A DNA stretch of 62,034 nt, filler included, from Trichosphaerium sp. ATCC 40318 (GCA_038496445.1; 4 parts of 4 records of this genome joined end to end with filler, not necessarily neighbours in it); one strand, 5' to 3'. Positions 38,701 to 51,498 are shown, numbered from the whole stretch's first letter. The notes: generated from the letters alone by a model not told the origin. Program-made: numbers and translations.

Positions 38701-39300
38701 TGTGCCCAGCGATCAACAGTTTTTGTGCGTCTGTTCTTGTCTAGGCTATTTGTTTTTAGAAAGTCTGTGGACTTTTAACACTACGTTTATCCTCTGAATT
38801 GTAGTAGATTGCGCGTTAACTTGGTAACATAGTTAGAAAAGTAACAAGAGAAATCAAATCTAACATTTGTCACATTCGCTCAGTGTTCTTTGAAATCAGA
38901 CTTTAGTCGTAGTTTTATTCCTAATTAGTGCTATCGGTACTGCAGCTCTCCAATTGGATTGAAAAAAACCGCCTAGCACACTAGGTATTCACATCCTAAT
39001 GTACCTACCCGCAAAAAGGCATCGACAAAAATGTAGACATTTTGACATGTGTCAAATTTTACGCAATTTTGGCTTAACATAACATCAAGTGTAACGTGAA
39101 GCCTAAAAATACGCATCATTGAAAGGAATAGGTTTGTTTTATACATGAGATTGTATTATTTGGTTTGCAAAAAAGACTTTGTACATCAACAAATACAGAC
39201 CTTTCGCTACCTCAGGTGTTAGCAGTGCTGTAACTCACGAACGAAATACAGAAAAAAGGAGCCAAAAGTGAAGTCTAATGTAAGCGAAATCGTAGTTTTA

Positions 39301-39400
39301 NNNNNNNNNNNNNNNNNNNNNNNNNNNNNNNNNNNNNNNNNNNNTTAATTAATTAANNNNNNNNNNNNNNNNNNNNNNNNNNNNNNNNNNNNNNNNNNNN
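39301..39400. other. Assembly spacer with six-frame-stop linker
   Basis: N44-TTAATTAATTAA-N44. Confidence 0.98.
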
Positions 39401-42400
39401 TTTTCATGGTAAGTCTTTTGCGTATGTTTACTGTCCCAAATCGTAGGCTTTGCATTAGTTCAGGATTTCTGTAGTCAATCTTAGGTTCATTATTACGACC
39501 TCCGCCTCTAAGTTTGGAGGTTGTTTTAATCTGTAATGTATTATTGTGGGCGTAGTCTTTTACAAGTACGTTTTTACTAATTCTGATAGGTTTGGATATA
39601 ATACTGGAGAAATTTGTTACCATGTATTCATCGTTGTTAATTATTTCTTTATTAATTAATAATTCCTGTAAGTTTATTGTATTACTTTTTATGTTGGTGA
39701 ATAGTGTAATGGTTTCAAACTCGGTTTTGACTAGGAGTTTAATCCTTTCGTTGTGTATTTCGTGTGCTTTATTCTTAATATATTCTTGGTTCCATTGGAT
39801 GATAGGTATTTGTTTATCTTCGCACGTATTAGTTATCGCTTTTGTTAGGTAGAAGTGACTAATTATTGCTGTTCCATAGAGTAATTGGAGTAAGTAGATA
39901 ACGTTATTTTCGTGTTTTATATTATAGAATGGTTTATTTTGGTTAATATGTAGCGCTATATGTGGTGATATGAACATTATAAGGAGTTTAGTGATTTGTT
40001 CTTGGCTTAAGCGTTTTTGCTTTGCGTTAAATATTTTTACTTTTCTTTTTGTTTTACGATTGATTAGAGGGTTGTATCCATTAGGAAGTACTATTTTGTA
40101 TGGTTTATTGGCCATTATGAAGTATAAAAGCAATATTCCATACCAGATGCTATACGGTACTTCTATATTATTCGCTATGCGTAGGTGATAGATTTTCCAT
40201 GTATGGTTTGTGTTTTGAGGCAGTTGTTGGTATTTATGCATGTACTTTGGACTATTCATAAAAAAACCACCAAAGACGACGATTAGAAAGAGAAGTAGTG
40301 CCATGCGGACTTTTAAGGAGCAAAATTCAGACGTGTTGTATTTTTTGATTATTTTTATTAAATTTGAAAAGGATTTTATTGTTATTTCTATTGGGTTTTC
40401 CTTTTTCTTACTTACAAGAAGAAAGAGAAGAAAGAGAACAAGGGTGAGGGTTTTGGTGTAACACGTTATTATATTCTCTTTAGTACTACCGATTCGCGTC
40501 TTGAAGTGAGTTTCCATTTTATGCGCTTGTTTTGGTATTTCGTGTATGCATTTCTCATTGCTATGTCGATTTAGTTTTTTGGTATATGGATGTATTACTT
40601 TTTGTTTACCGTCTGGATCCGCAAAAATAACGTAAACTGCTGTGTACTGGTTTTGTGCACCCGCTTCTTTGTGTATCATAATTGCTCCTGGTACTCCGTA
40701 TTTTTCTAGCACTTTGGTGAATTTGTTGGAGATTGTTTTGTATCCTTGTATTGAGAGGCCATCTATTTCTAATGCTAGTTCTTTCTTTAGGTCTACTACG
40801 TATTCGCAGACGATCATGTGGTCTATCAGTGTAAGTGCACCACGGTATGCTTTGAAGTTTTTACCGCTCGTGAATGTGAATCGTACGTTTATGCGACCGT
40901 TTCTATCTTTATACGCTGCTGTGTAGATAGCTTCTGAGAAGCGTTCTCGGTTGTTTGTTTTGAGGTTTTTGTAAAAAGAATCTTTTTTTAGGCTCAGGTA
41001 GTCATCCTCTTCATTGAAGAAGTCATGAGGTACGTTAAATATCGTGATTTGGAATTTGTCTTCGCTTAATATATTTATCACTTCTGCGTGTGTTGGAGTT
41101 CTCGTGTTCTCGATTGTGAATGTGCGGCTTATCATCCAAGCGTCGGTTATGAAACTTGCACAAGGTATTAAATAGCCTTTGTATTCATTTGAATAGACGG
41201 CTTCGACAAATTTGAATGGTAATTCGTTTTCTGATATTCCTGCGTTGGCGATTTCTACTTTTTCTTTAAGTTTGAGCGGCGTTGATTTGTCGGTTGAGAC
41301 AAAGACGTAGACACCCAGAGAGCTTCTGTATGTTACTGTAATGTACGCTGCGAATTCTTTTGGTGCTATTAGGCCGATTTCGAATTTTTCTTCTTCTTCT
41401 TCTGGGATTTCATCTGCGATGAGGTAACCGTCTTCGTCGAAATACGGTTCTTTTTTGGTTTGTATGTAGTTTAGGAAAGGTTCATTTTTGTCGATGCTCC
41501 ATGAGTCTAAAGCTTTGTCGACAAAGAGGAGGGCTTTGTTCATTCCATCGATATTGAGGTCTTCCCAGTGGTAAAACGTAAATTGTGCTTTGCCTTTGCA
41601 AGAGTAAGTTGTATGGTAGACGTTAGATATTTTAATTTTGTTACCTATTTTGTTACTGTTGTTGAACCTTTGGAGTAGCGCCAAGCAGTGTGCTTTTTTA
41701 CTACCTAGTATTGTTCTACGTGCTTCTATGGTGTTGAGGTGTTGTATTATAGTGTCTCGTGCGAACTCATTCCATTTTGTGAGGTCTGATTTACGTTCAA
41801 TAATATATGCTCTTGGTAGGTTTTGGATCACCATTTTTTCGAGGATGTAAATTGGTGGTTTGACTACGTTATCATGTGTAGGAGATATTGTTTCGTGTAT
41901 TATATATATGTACTTTTGGACTTCGAAGTACGCTTCTTGTATTTGAGAGAGCGAGAGGGAGTTGTAGGCGATATTAATTAAGTCACCTTTGCTGTGAAAA
42001 TTGAATTCGTGCACTAGTGTTCTACAAGATTTGATTAAGATCTTGGCGCGGTTCATGTGGATTTGTTTGTGTTGTGTGAGCCAGTCTTCATCGTTTTTGA
42101 TGATTAACTTCTTTGCTATTTCATTTATGACACGAGTGGCGTACTTGGGCCATGAAGGCGCTGTTTTGGTACGTTTTGGGGTTTGAGGTTTGTCATTTCC
42201 TTGACCTCTTCCTTTGTGTTTGTTTTTGTTATGTGCGTTCTTTTTTTCTTCTGTTTCAGGTGTTTCTTCCTCATTAGGTTCATTTGATTCATTTTCATTT
42301 TTATTTTCATTTTCATCATCGTTGTCTTTTATTTCTATTGGTTGTGTGTCTGTCATTGGTACATCTTGATCTGAAACGGCGTTACCGATTTCTTGTCTAA

Positions 42401-42980
42401 CTCGGTTTAGAGAGGACAATACGGTTTCGTGCCATGACATATTTATTAGATCGTACGTTTCATTTTGTTCATTTGAGTTGGTTGCTGCCATTTTGATGCG
42501 GATTGGAGTTAGAGTATTTACTTGCATTGACTTATTCGAATACGGTTTCGTAAATTTGAAATTGGATTTGATATTTAGGTTATTTTTTTGTAATGGTGTT
42601 TTTATTACGCTAGTATGGTATGTACCAACGTTTACATTTTCGTTATGTTTAACCGCCAAAAGGCAGTTAGCGTCAGGTCGTCGTGAACGTGTTTTTGATA
42701 TAGCAGCTCGTTCTTCCTGCTGTAGCGTTATAGAATACCTAAGTAAACTAACCGATATATCTTTTTTATAACTACGCGCGTATCGGCCACGCTGGAACGT
42801 AATACCATAATTACCATAGGAGAATAGATTGTTTAACGTAGATGTTGTTAATTTACTTGGCTGTGTACATGGATCACCATGTACCAGTCCCAAGAGCACT
42901 ATAAGGTTTATCACTAACCAAATAGTATTAGACGTTGCCATCTTCGTAAACAATTTTTTCCCCCGAAGATGCTCCATTAA
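39401..42980 (-). CDS. LINE-like polyprotein N-terminal part: low-complexity, RRM-like, hydrophobic segments, ubiquitin-like domain, start of AP-endonuclease; truncated by gap
   Basis: ~1200 codons without stops in an intron-rich genome; A-rich coding strand; FQITIFNVP and LEIDGL...LEKYG...VYVIF RRM-like; IKLLVKT..TITL...KE.I..D...LRGG; LRFGTVNIR resembles the APE N-terminal strand. Confidence 0.6.
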
Positions 42981-44296
42981 GCAATTAGTCACGGTCCTAT
43001 TCTTTCCGGGTTGCCCTATTTTTTCCGCTTTTGAAAGTGCGTATTATTGTGTGCAGAGACATTTGCGACACAAACGGGGTTGCGAAACGCACTTTCTTAG
43101 TTTTCATAAAATTCCAAGCTTTTAGCATTGCCAAGCGTTACATTTCCAACCGAAATAGCTGGGCGCTACACGGCTAAAAAACAATCAGGCTAAAACAGAA
43201 CTCAAGCTGCCTATGACATGAAGTGAGAACAAAAAGAAAAATAATTTCAACATATAATTTTCAACAAATCACCGAAAAAAAAAAGTGTCACAACTTTTTG
43301 GGCCAACCACTTAGTGTACGAAATTTAACACAGAGGAGAGGTTGTCGAGAGTATCAAATAATTGTTTGTTAAAATTCACAAAGCCGTAAACAGTGATTTA
43401 AGATTCGGGTGTGAACATTAGCATTAAAACTGGGCCACAAAATCAAAGATGTACATATGCACTATATTTCTTGCTATACCTGAGTCATTAGGAAATATAG
43501 TGAGCCAGTCTGCAACATTCAGGTTTTACACTCTGAGAATGTGATGTCACCAAAATTGTTGATCACATTTTTAGTTTTTTGTGGTTCTATTTGGAGTTGA
43601 CTCCATAAGTTTGTATCCCACGATTCAAAATGTGTCCCAATTCGGTACAAATCATTCGTGACAAGTGAGATAATGGGCAAGTTGACGTTTGCAATGAATA
43701 TATCCAGGAAAGGCGTTAATACTGTATTTATTACACTTGTGGCATCCTCATGTACAGCGTAAAAGGTGGTATATTTCTATGCTCAGAGAAGCGTTTGTGC
43801 TACAGCTCCATATCACCAGCACTACATGTATAATGAGGAAGGAAATCAAAGTAGTAGAAGTGGTGCAAATTTTTTTCGTGAGTGGTAAACGGAGACTATC
43901 CTTTCTCAAAAAATTCACAATTTGCTTCTACATTTGAACATTCTCAGTCCCCATCCCTATATTCCAAAGGCTACTTGAAGTTTGTATACAACCACCAACA
44001 CTATGTTGTAGACACTCATTATATAAGATTGCATTTAACTAATGGGAGATGCTCATTTCACATCAATTCTTACTTGTTGTGTATGTTTGTGTGGCGATAC
44101 TTAAAGGATGGTAAGTTTGCTTCGAAATACCCCTCCTGTATACTACATTACATGTACTACTCAATAAAGCTAGTTTCTATGTTTTTGTGGTAAGTTGGGG
44201 GAAAAAAAAAAATGTCACGGGATTTAAATTTTTTTCATTGAAAAAGCCAATCCGGGGAGACAACAACACAAACAAAGCAACAAATAGTACCAAGAG

Positions 44297-46012
44297 ATGA
44301 AAATAACCAAAGACAAGTGTGTGCTATGCAAAAAAAACACTTATACAAAGAACCGACGTAATATATCAAAAAATTTCATAGAAAGCCAAATAAAGGCTCA
44401 AATAATAGATACAACCTTAGCCAAATACCTTCCAATGGGTTGGATGTGTAAAAGCCACGAAAAAAATTTAGCAGATGAAATTCACGTGCAGCTGCCAACC
44501 AATTTTCAAATTTTTTTTTTTTTTTGAAAGTAAATCAAAAGGATACTACAATTCCATTGGCGTCTCAACTGCAATTTGAATGTAACGTTGTAAGCCTTTC
44601 AGACATTTTACATATCTTTTTTTTTTGTGTTATCATAATATTAATGTACATAATAGGCTTACAACAAAGATTTTTGCAGCAACATTTCAGATATAAAAGG
44701 GCCTAAAGGTACTCATGTATGTGACAAAGAAGAAAACATCTTGGTCAATGTGGAAAAGTTATATGATCTATGTCAGTCTTTCTACTCTCTTGGACGAAAT
44801 AATACACCAGTAGCTGGAATGGCTGTTGTCACAGATGGATGTGCTGCAAAAGTAACAGTGGATATTGGTGCTAATGATAAAATGTGTGTTGATTTAGATA
44901 AGAGAAGTTCTAAGGTGTGTTTTATAGTTTTTCAATTTACTAATTTTTTTTTTTTGTAGACAAGTCGAAGATGGCACATTAATTGTGCAGTAGCAACATC
45001 AACTTTATTGGCTGGCCTTTCTTACAAATTTGCAAAAGATTTATTCTCTGGCATGAATGTGCATTTTATTACACATGACAGAATGGAAGCAGTCAAAAAA
45101 ATCTTTGTCAAGGCTGTTAAAAGTAAAACAAAAGAGGATATTGTACACGAGTATACAGAACTGGACAACCACTGTATACAAGTGCAACGTGGAGCACATG
45201 TTGAATTTGATGAGCAGTTTTCAAGATGTTATCGACCATTAAGTCCTGCACCATACGCAACATGCACTATAATCAATCAAGACAGTAGAAAAGTATTATA
45301 TCAAGGACATACAGACGATTCTGTATGTAAGACCCATAAATGCAAAGATAAAGGCAAAGGTAGCAGAATAGAAGCTTTGAAACACTTGGCACACAATACT
45401 CGCAGAATAGACTATGTAACTTCAGATGAATGTAGCGGAACAAGTCTCTCTTTAAGACAAATGGTAGAAGCTTTCCCACAACATAACAACCTAAATCACT
45501 GTTACGACATTTGGCACAGACAACGTAAGATTATTAAAGAGTTCAAACGATTGCAAACCAAGCGACCTTATAAACGTGGCTCATTGTTATACCCTGAATT
45601 GCAAAAAATAGATTTGGCACAATTGAAAAAACATTGGGACTACACTTGTGATAATGCAAATGGAGACAAAAAGATGTTTTACTCACTCTGGTTTGATTTG
45701 GCAAGGTATGCAATTGACAAAGGTATAGTACAAGAAAATTACAATACACACAGAAAACTCTTGTGTTTTTTGGAAAAGACTTCACTAGACTGTGAAAGGT
45801 TTTTTTTGGGAAAAAGAACAGCTGATTGTGAAAGTTTTCATGCTTTGGCTAACAAATATTGCCCCAAAGGCAAAAAACAAAACTTTAACATGTATATTGC
45901 GAGAAAAAGCTTAGCTAGACTGCATTGGAATGCAGCAATTAATGCCTCAGATGGTGTCATGCAGATGAAAAAAGCACTTTTGACAGAAATATTAAATCAA
46001 TATACTGAATAA
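44297..46012 (+). CDS. DDE transposase, Kolobok-like, with N-terminal THAP-like CxxC...CxxH; intron-containing
   Basis: KCVLC...WMCKSH; VEFDEQFSR...APYATCTII, YVTSDE, HCYDIWH, RTADCESFHALANKYCPK, YIARKSLARLHWN match my recollection of Kolobok motif spacing (D, D, DxWH, ESFH..KY.PK, AR..LA.LH.N). Confidence 0.7.
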
Positions 46013-46220
46013 AAATCAAACTCTGAGGCCAAATGTAATACAAAAATACAATTTTTATTTTTAGATTCTTGTTCTACATAAAATTTGGGGTTGAAAAATG
46101 TCAAAATTAGTCAAACATATTATCCTTTTCCTCTATATTGACATCATAATATGTATGTAATTTTATATAAAGCTGTGGTTCAAAGCAAACATATTAATAC
46201 TCTAAAGTTGGACTGTTAAT

Positions 46221-47252
46221 CAGTGGTAAAATGAAAACGGGATTTTGGATATAAATCCCACTAAATTCCTTTGTTTTAGGGATTTTTAAGGTAATTTGTG
46301 AAGAATTCTTATTTTTATTTTTTTTTATGGCAGGATTTTTGATAGAATTACCATAATATTCCCTTAAATACGGAATTTTCAGAATTATTGTACAAAATCC
46401 ACCAAATAATGTACTAATTTAGTTAGGGTTAGGGTTAGGGCTAGGGTTGAGGTTTATGTAAGTACAAATTAAGTTAGGGTTAGGGTTTAGTTTTATATTT
46501 GCAAAAAACCATCGACACCTTAGATACATAGGTTTTTCTAGCAAACAATATCCACATGCTATTATTAAAGGTGAAAAAACCAATGGTACAGGTTAAAGTG
46601 CATTAATCCAAAAAGTAACAGAGAACGCGTTTTAGGTGGTTTGGAAAATCACTTAAACATAAATATCTCTTACTTATCTGTTTTAGGATGATTAAAGCAT
46701 TGCAACAGCCTTATTACACCATTAAAGAATGTATTTAAAGCATTAACTCCAAGTATGTTGTTTTTAAAGCTTATTTCCACTTAATTTATCAAAAAACCCT
46801 ACGCGTTCTTAATTTAGCGTTTACAAACGCATTAATTATTGTTCAGGCTCTCAAAACCAAATGCGATCAAATTACTTCTTTCGTTTATGAAGACATGATG
46901 TATTTAACTTGTACGTATTATTTAGGATGTTTGTATTTTGTAATGATCAATAAATAAAATGACTTTGCATTAAATCTGAACCAAAGTATTGAATAATATT
47001 TTGTGTAATTTATAAAGTATTTTTTATTGAAATCTACAAAAAATACATTAAGAAATGCTATAAAGAATACATAGAGAATTCTATATAAAATACATATGCA
47101 ATTCCAAAAGTAATACTCTAAGAATTCTATGAGTAATACTTACGGAATTTCATATAAATTCAATGGGAATTAAGGAAGAGTTTTTCCGTCTACTTTTCCC
47201 ATAGGAAAACAGGGTGGATTACTTAAAAATTCCCATTTCTATTTTACTACTG
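46221..47252. mobile_element. Non-autonomous CACTA/EnSpm-like element (CAG..CTG ends, 2-bp TSD AT) nested in the DNA transposon
   Basis: CAGTGGTAAAATGAAAACGGGA vs reverse complement of right end CAGTAGTAAAATAGAAATGGGA; AT on both flanks; interior similar to 54737-55856. Confidence 0.8.
46422..46490 (+). repeat. Interstitial TTAGGG-like repeats
   Basis: GTTAGGGTTAGGGTTAGGGCTAGGGTTGAGG...GTTAGGGTTAGGGTTTAG. Confidence 0.85.
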
Positions 47253-48218
47253 ATATCACAATAGGTATACACTGGTGTTGGCCTACAGAAAAATATAGAT
47301 TGTGGAAAAAAACTGAAAAAACTGATGTGCCAACATGATTTGTCTGACCTGGAGTCATTGACAAAACATTGATGAAAGTATAAATGAGTTATAGTTAATA
47401 CAACAAGCCTTTGATATTAACTTGTATACCCATCTGCGTTTGGGTGACGGTGACTAAGAGTACAATGTTAATTCTATAAGTGCAATAGAGTTTGATAAAG
47501 ATCAAACATAGAAATAATTTTCAGTCTACCTGAGAAACAGCACTTGTTCTCAACTGGTAACAAAACCTGTGCATCCCAAATTTGCAAAAAAAAAGTTACA
47601 ATGGAAAGCTAGAAAAGCAAAATTAAAAACAACGTTACATAAAAAAATACCAAATCAGCCCTCTGTAAACTCCAAACATGACTTGTACGTTTCTTATGAG
47701 AGGTACTATAAGTAAAATATGTCTAGTAGATGGTGTGTAAGTAGTGCGAGATGAAAGCGTGCTCTAGTTTCCCAAAAGTGTTTTACAATATCAGAGGCAA
47801 AAATAGTGAGAAATGCGTGTAAACTAACAAGTAACAGCATATCTGAGTACCTATACCACGTGCCTAATATCGTGTATTCCTTATACTAGAATGCGGAATA
47901 TCTTACTTATGTTTGAAGGGAGAAACTTATTGTTTTGTACTGAAATTTTTGATTTTTACCCGAAAAAAATAGGACCGTGACTAAATCTGTTAAGTACTTA
48001 TAGGGAGTTGTTATACAGCTGTCTTGTTTATTTGTAGTTTTTTCTGTTGTTTGGATGTATCTAACTGTTGTCCGTTTCAGTCAATAGTCAATATCAGTTG
48101 TTGTCAACACGAATTAAGTTTCCAATTTGAGGTTAAATTTATCACAGTGATTGTCGCATAGACGAAAATCAAACCTTCAAAAACATTAAAAAGTTCAAAG
48201 TATTCGAAGGTTTTTAAC

Positions 48219-48780
48219 TTTATAGCTGTACATGAGAACACGATAATAAGCAACAAGCGTCAATACTGATAAAAATGTACTCCACCTTGATGAGTTGGTT
48301 GTAATTGTTGGGAATGTAATTGGTGGTTGTACTTGGTGATACTGTAGTTGGTACTACTATTGATGTTGGTGATGTTGGTTGAGTGCGTCTGTTATTGGCT
48401 GCATTGTTGGAGGAGGTACACAAGATCCATTGCCCAAGTATAATGTGGAACACATACATTCATTGCCACATCCGGTATTAGTACTTATCCGACATTGAAC
48501 AAACAAAGCTAACACTACTTGATTTATGCCTGGTCTGTAGTGTAATCTGATACAAGTCAACAACTGCTCACAATAAAAACATGATGTACCAAAGTCGTTG
48601 GTAATGGAAACGTTGGTGTTGCGCGGTGCAAAAACGCCAGCTATGCACAATCAAGGACAACTTGGGCAATGGATCTTGTGCCTTCTCTAACAATACAACC
48701 TACAACAGGGACCCTCTACTTCTCAACCGACAACATCACCAACATCAACAGAAGTAGTATCACTACAGAACCCAAAAAAA
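48219..48780. pseudogene. Rearranged fragments of the Cys-rich/Thr-rich surface-protein family, with a local inverted duplication
   Basis: Minus strand GCGNECMCSTLYLGNGSCVPPPT then frameshift; plus strand 48661-48775 is a diverged inverted copy of ~48345-48440 (CTTGGGCAATGGATCTTGTG...CAACATCACCAACATCAA). Confidence 0.65.
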
Positions 48781-48968
48781 GGAGATAAGGACACCAGTAT
48801 TGAATGCTAAACTATCGGTCAATCACGTGTTGTATACACAATGCATTCAAATAATGCTAAATGTTAAGTATCTACAGTTTGAAGGTAAAAATACAGCCAA
48901 TAGTTCTTGAATGCTCTTTGTGAAAAAAACGTGCGACTTCGTTTTACCAGGTTCAAAAATAAGAAATA

Positions 48969-50101
48969 ATGGAACAAGGTAGCAACGAATAGCGCTATTC
49001 TTGTCGAACTGACTTTGTTTTGTAGCTGGTAAGATAGAATTGGGTTATTGGGCGATAAGGGGCATTGGGCAACCATGTGTTTACATGTTGGAGTACTTGG
49101 GTTGTAAATACACTGTACATATCGGTTTTTATGCTTTTCGTCGTAAATTACGCTGATCCCACGTATTTTAGAACAAACGGTACAAGCAAGGTCCTAGGCC
49201 TGAAATGTCACGAAAGGAATGGATAGATGTCAAGACAACATTAGGTTTAGCTTCACCAAACCTTCCGTATCTCATTTGTGGTACTTGGAATGGAAATGTT
49301 GAAATGTTAACAACAAAGTAGAGAACGGACCAAAGATTACTCAATCCAATGCCATACTGAGGTACTTGGGTAAATGTGCTGGTCTAGCAGGTTCGAACGC
49401 TACCGAATCAGCAACTATTGACATGTGGGGCGATTTTGTATGTCACGTGATTTATTGAAAGCGATATCTGAATTGTTTTGGCTGTTGTAGGTAATGGATG
49501 TCAGAAATATGGCTGTAGACCACTTTTATAGTACTAAAAAAACTACTGAATCTATAGCTAAGTTCAAGGCAAAGAGATTGCAACGTACGGGTTTTTTTAA
49601 ATGCACGTTTTGGTGATTACGTTGTTCACAAATCTGGGAGTGAAAAAGAAATGTCCAGTACTTTTTACAGAATCCATCTTACTATTATACATTCACAGGG
49701 CATATAACTGCGCGTTTTGTTTATACTATCCCATGAGTTTGATTTACTTTTATTTATAGCAAAGCTCAATCAGATAGCAAGCCTTCTTAAAGATCGGAAA
49801 TTTTTGAATGGAGACAACTTGTCATGGCCTGATTTTCATATGGCTGAAATATTAGATCATTGCCGTTTGTTTGCTCCTGTGCTATTTGAGAAACAAGGTA
49901 AAGTGCACACCATTTACAACGTGACTAAATTCTTTATTCTATTTAGATGTGTTGATCGCATACATCAAGAGATTTCAAGCTTTGCCAAAGATTGCAGCAT
50001 ATCTCAAATCTGGTCGTTTCCATGCTTGGCCTGCAAATAATAACTCTGCTTACTGGGGAGGAAACAATACTGACCCTCCTAAAAACCTCATCCTTGTGTA
50101 A
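48969..50101 (+). CDS. Glutathione S-transferase, mu-class-like, multi-exon
   Basis: ELGYWAIRGIGQP..YMLEYLG, EWIDVKTTLGLASPNLPYLI, KITQSNAILRYLG, FLNGDNLSWPDF, RFQALPKIAAYLKS; stop 50099-50101. Confidence 0.92.
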
Positions 50102-50389
50102 CTTCAAATACAACCAAAGCGCTAATGCTGGCCATTTGGCAGTACTTTAGCAACCATAAATCAAATAAAGTCAGCACATGTACCACCTAAGAAACTTGTC
50201 ATCATAAATGATGAACACGTGCTTCTTGTTTTAATGCTGTAATGGCCTGGTTTAGATAAAAATAACTTCACTCTTTTGTAAAATAAGCTGTCATAACAGT
50301 GCAGGAATACTAAGACAAAGTTTATTTCCAAAAATCTAAATTATACTAAGAGTACAGATTCCTCAATTATATGTATACATACACAGTAT

Positions 50390-50639
50390 CTAGAATATAC
50401 CACCCTTTAAATTGGCAAGTATAGAACTATACGTAAGCTGTCCTTTACTATCCCAAGTCTTACGAGGTTTAATTGCTTTACCATCTTCCACAACAGAATG
50501 TGTAGAAAGAAGTCCACTCATATACCAAGTCTTACACTCACCATATTGACGACCATCCTTCATAGTACATATCTTGTTTTGAACACCATTAGAGTACCAC
50601 GACCTATATAAACCTTGTTTCACACCATTACCAATGGTG
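50390..50639 (-). CDS. MORN-variant repeat protein C-terminus, truncated by gap
   Basis: GVKQGLYRSWYSNG, DGRQYGECKTWYMSG, KTWDSKG; same repeat type as 20029-20742. Confidence 0.65.
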
Positions 50640-50739
50640 NNNNNNNNNNNNNNNNNNNNNNNNNNNNNNNNNNNNNNNNNNNNTTAATTAATTAANNNNN
50701 NNNNNNNNNNNNNNNNNNNNNNNNNNNNNNNNNNNNNNN
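50640..50739. other. Assembly spacer with six-frame-stop linker
   Basis: N44-TTAATTAATTAA-N44. Confidence 0.98.
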
Positions 50740-51160
50740 TTTGGTAATGGGTTTTCTTGTTGAACGATCATAGACGTCATACATTGAACGGTGCGTAGGG
50801 ACCTTAGTATATCATAGAATCTAACCAAACTAAGCTCATTCGAACCGCAGGACCTGATTCCAGTACCTATATTAAGGAAACTATATTGCAGGTATTATAC
50901 AGACGTTCGTGGGTACCAGACAAAGTTTTATTTTATTTTCGTTTGATATACATTAACTGACCTCCATAGGCCTTAGTAATTGATGGATTCAGGTGGGACC
51001 ACTTTCATTAGGTGCGCAGCATGTTTTTACAGTAGGTACAGCAAGATCATGGAGATGGACGAATTTTCCAGACGCCCATAGTAATGTAACTGTAGTGGAC
51101 ATTGTCCAAAACTTGTAACTCACAAACTGTGTATTAAATAAAGTGTATTTTCTGGAATTG

Positions 51161-51498
51161 CAGGTGTACCATAAGTAGGCATAAAGTGGTATATAAGAGT
51201 GGTATATACCATGAAAAACTGGTATAAAAAAGTGGTATATAACTGGTATATACCTAAAAATAGTGGTATAAAAAAGTGGTATATTTTTTTTTTTCTGGTG
51301 AAAAAAGTGGTATATTTTCTGTTTTTATACCTGTTTTTTTTGGTATATTGTTGGTATATTTGGTCAATATACCACTTTTTTTGGTATATTTTGGTCAAAA
51401 TATACCACTTTTTTTGGTATATACCATAAAAAACTGGTATAAAAAAGTGGTATAAAAGTGGTATATACCAAAAAAACTGGTATATTTTTTTAGACCTG
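51161..51498. mobile_element. Small MITE-like element built from direct and inverted AAAAGTGGTATA repeats
   Basis: CAGGT...ACCTG ends; many GTGGTATA/TATACCAC copies in both orientations; no matching TSD. Confidence 0.55.

Larger units (their letters stand above)
42986..47983. mobile_element. DNA transposon with 26-bp TIRs enclosing a Kolobok-like transposase
   Basis: Left TAGTCACGGTCCTATTCTTTCCGGGT (42986-43011) vs reverse complement of right end TAGTCACGGTCCTATTTTTTTCGGGT (47958-47983), 2 mismatches; flanked by AAT on both sides. Confidence 0.8.

Noticed and set aside
36300-39300. Coding-like patches in a long ORF-poor region
   Set aside because: Interrupted by stops in the frames examined; no recognisable motif or repeat structure.
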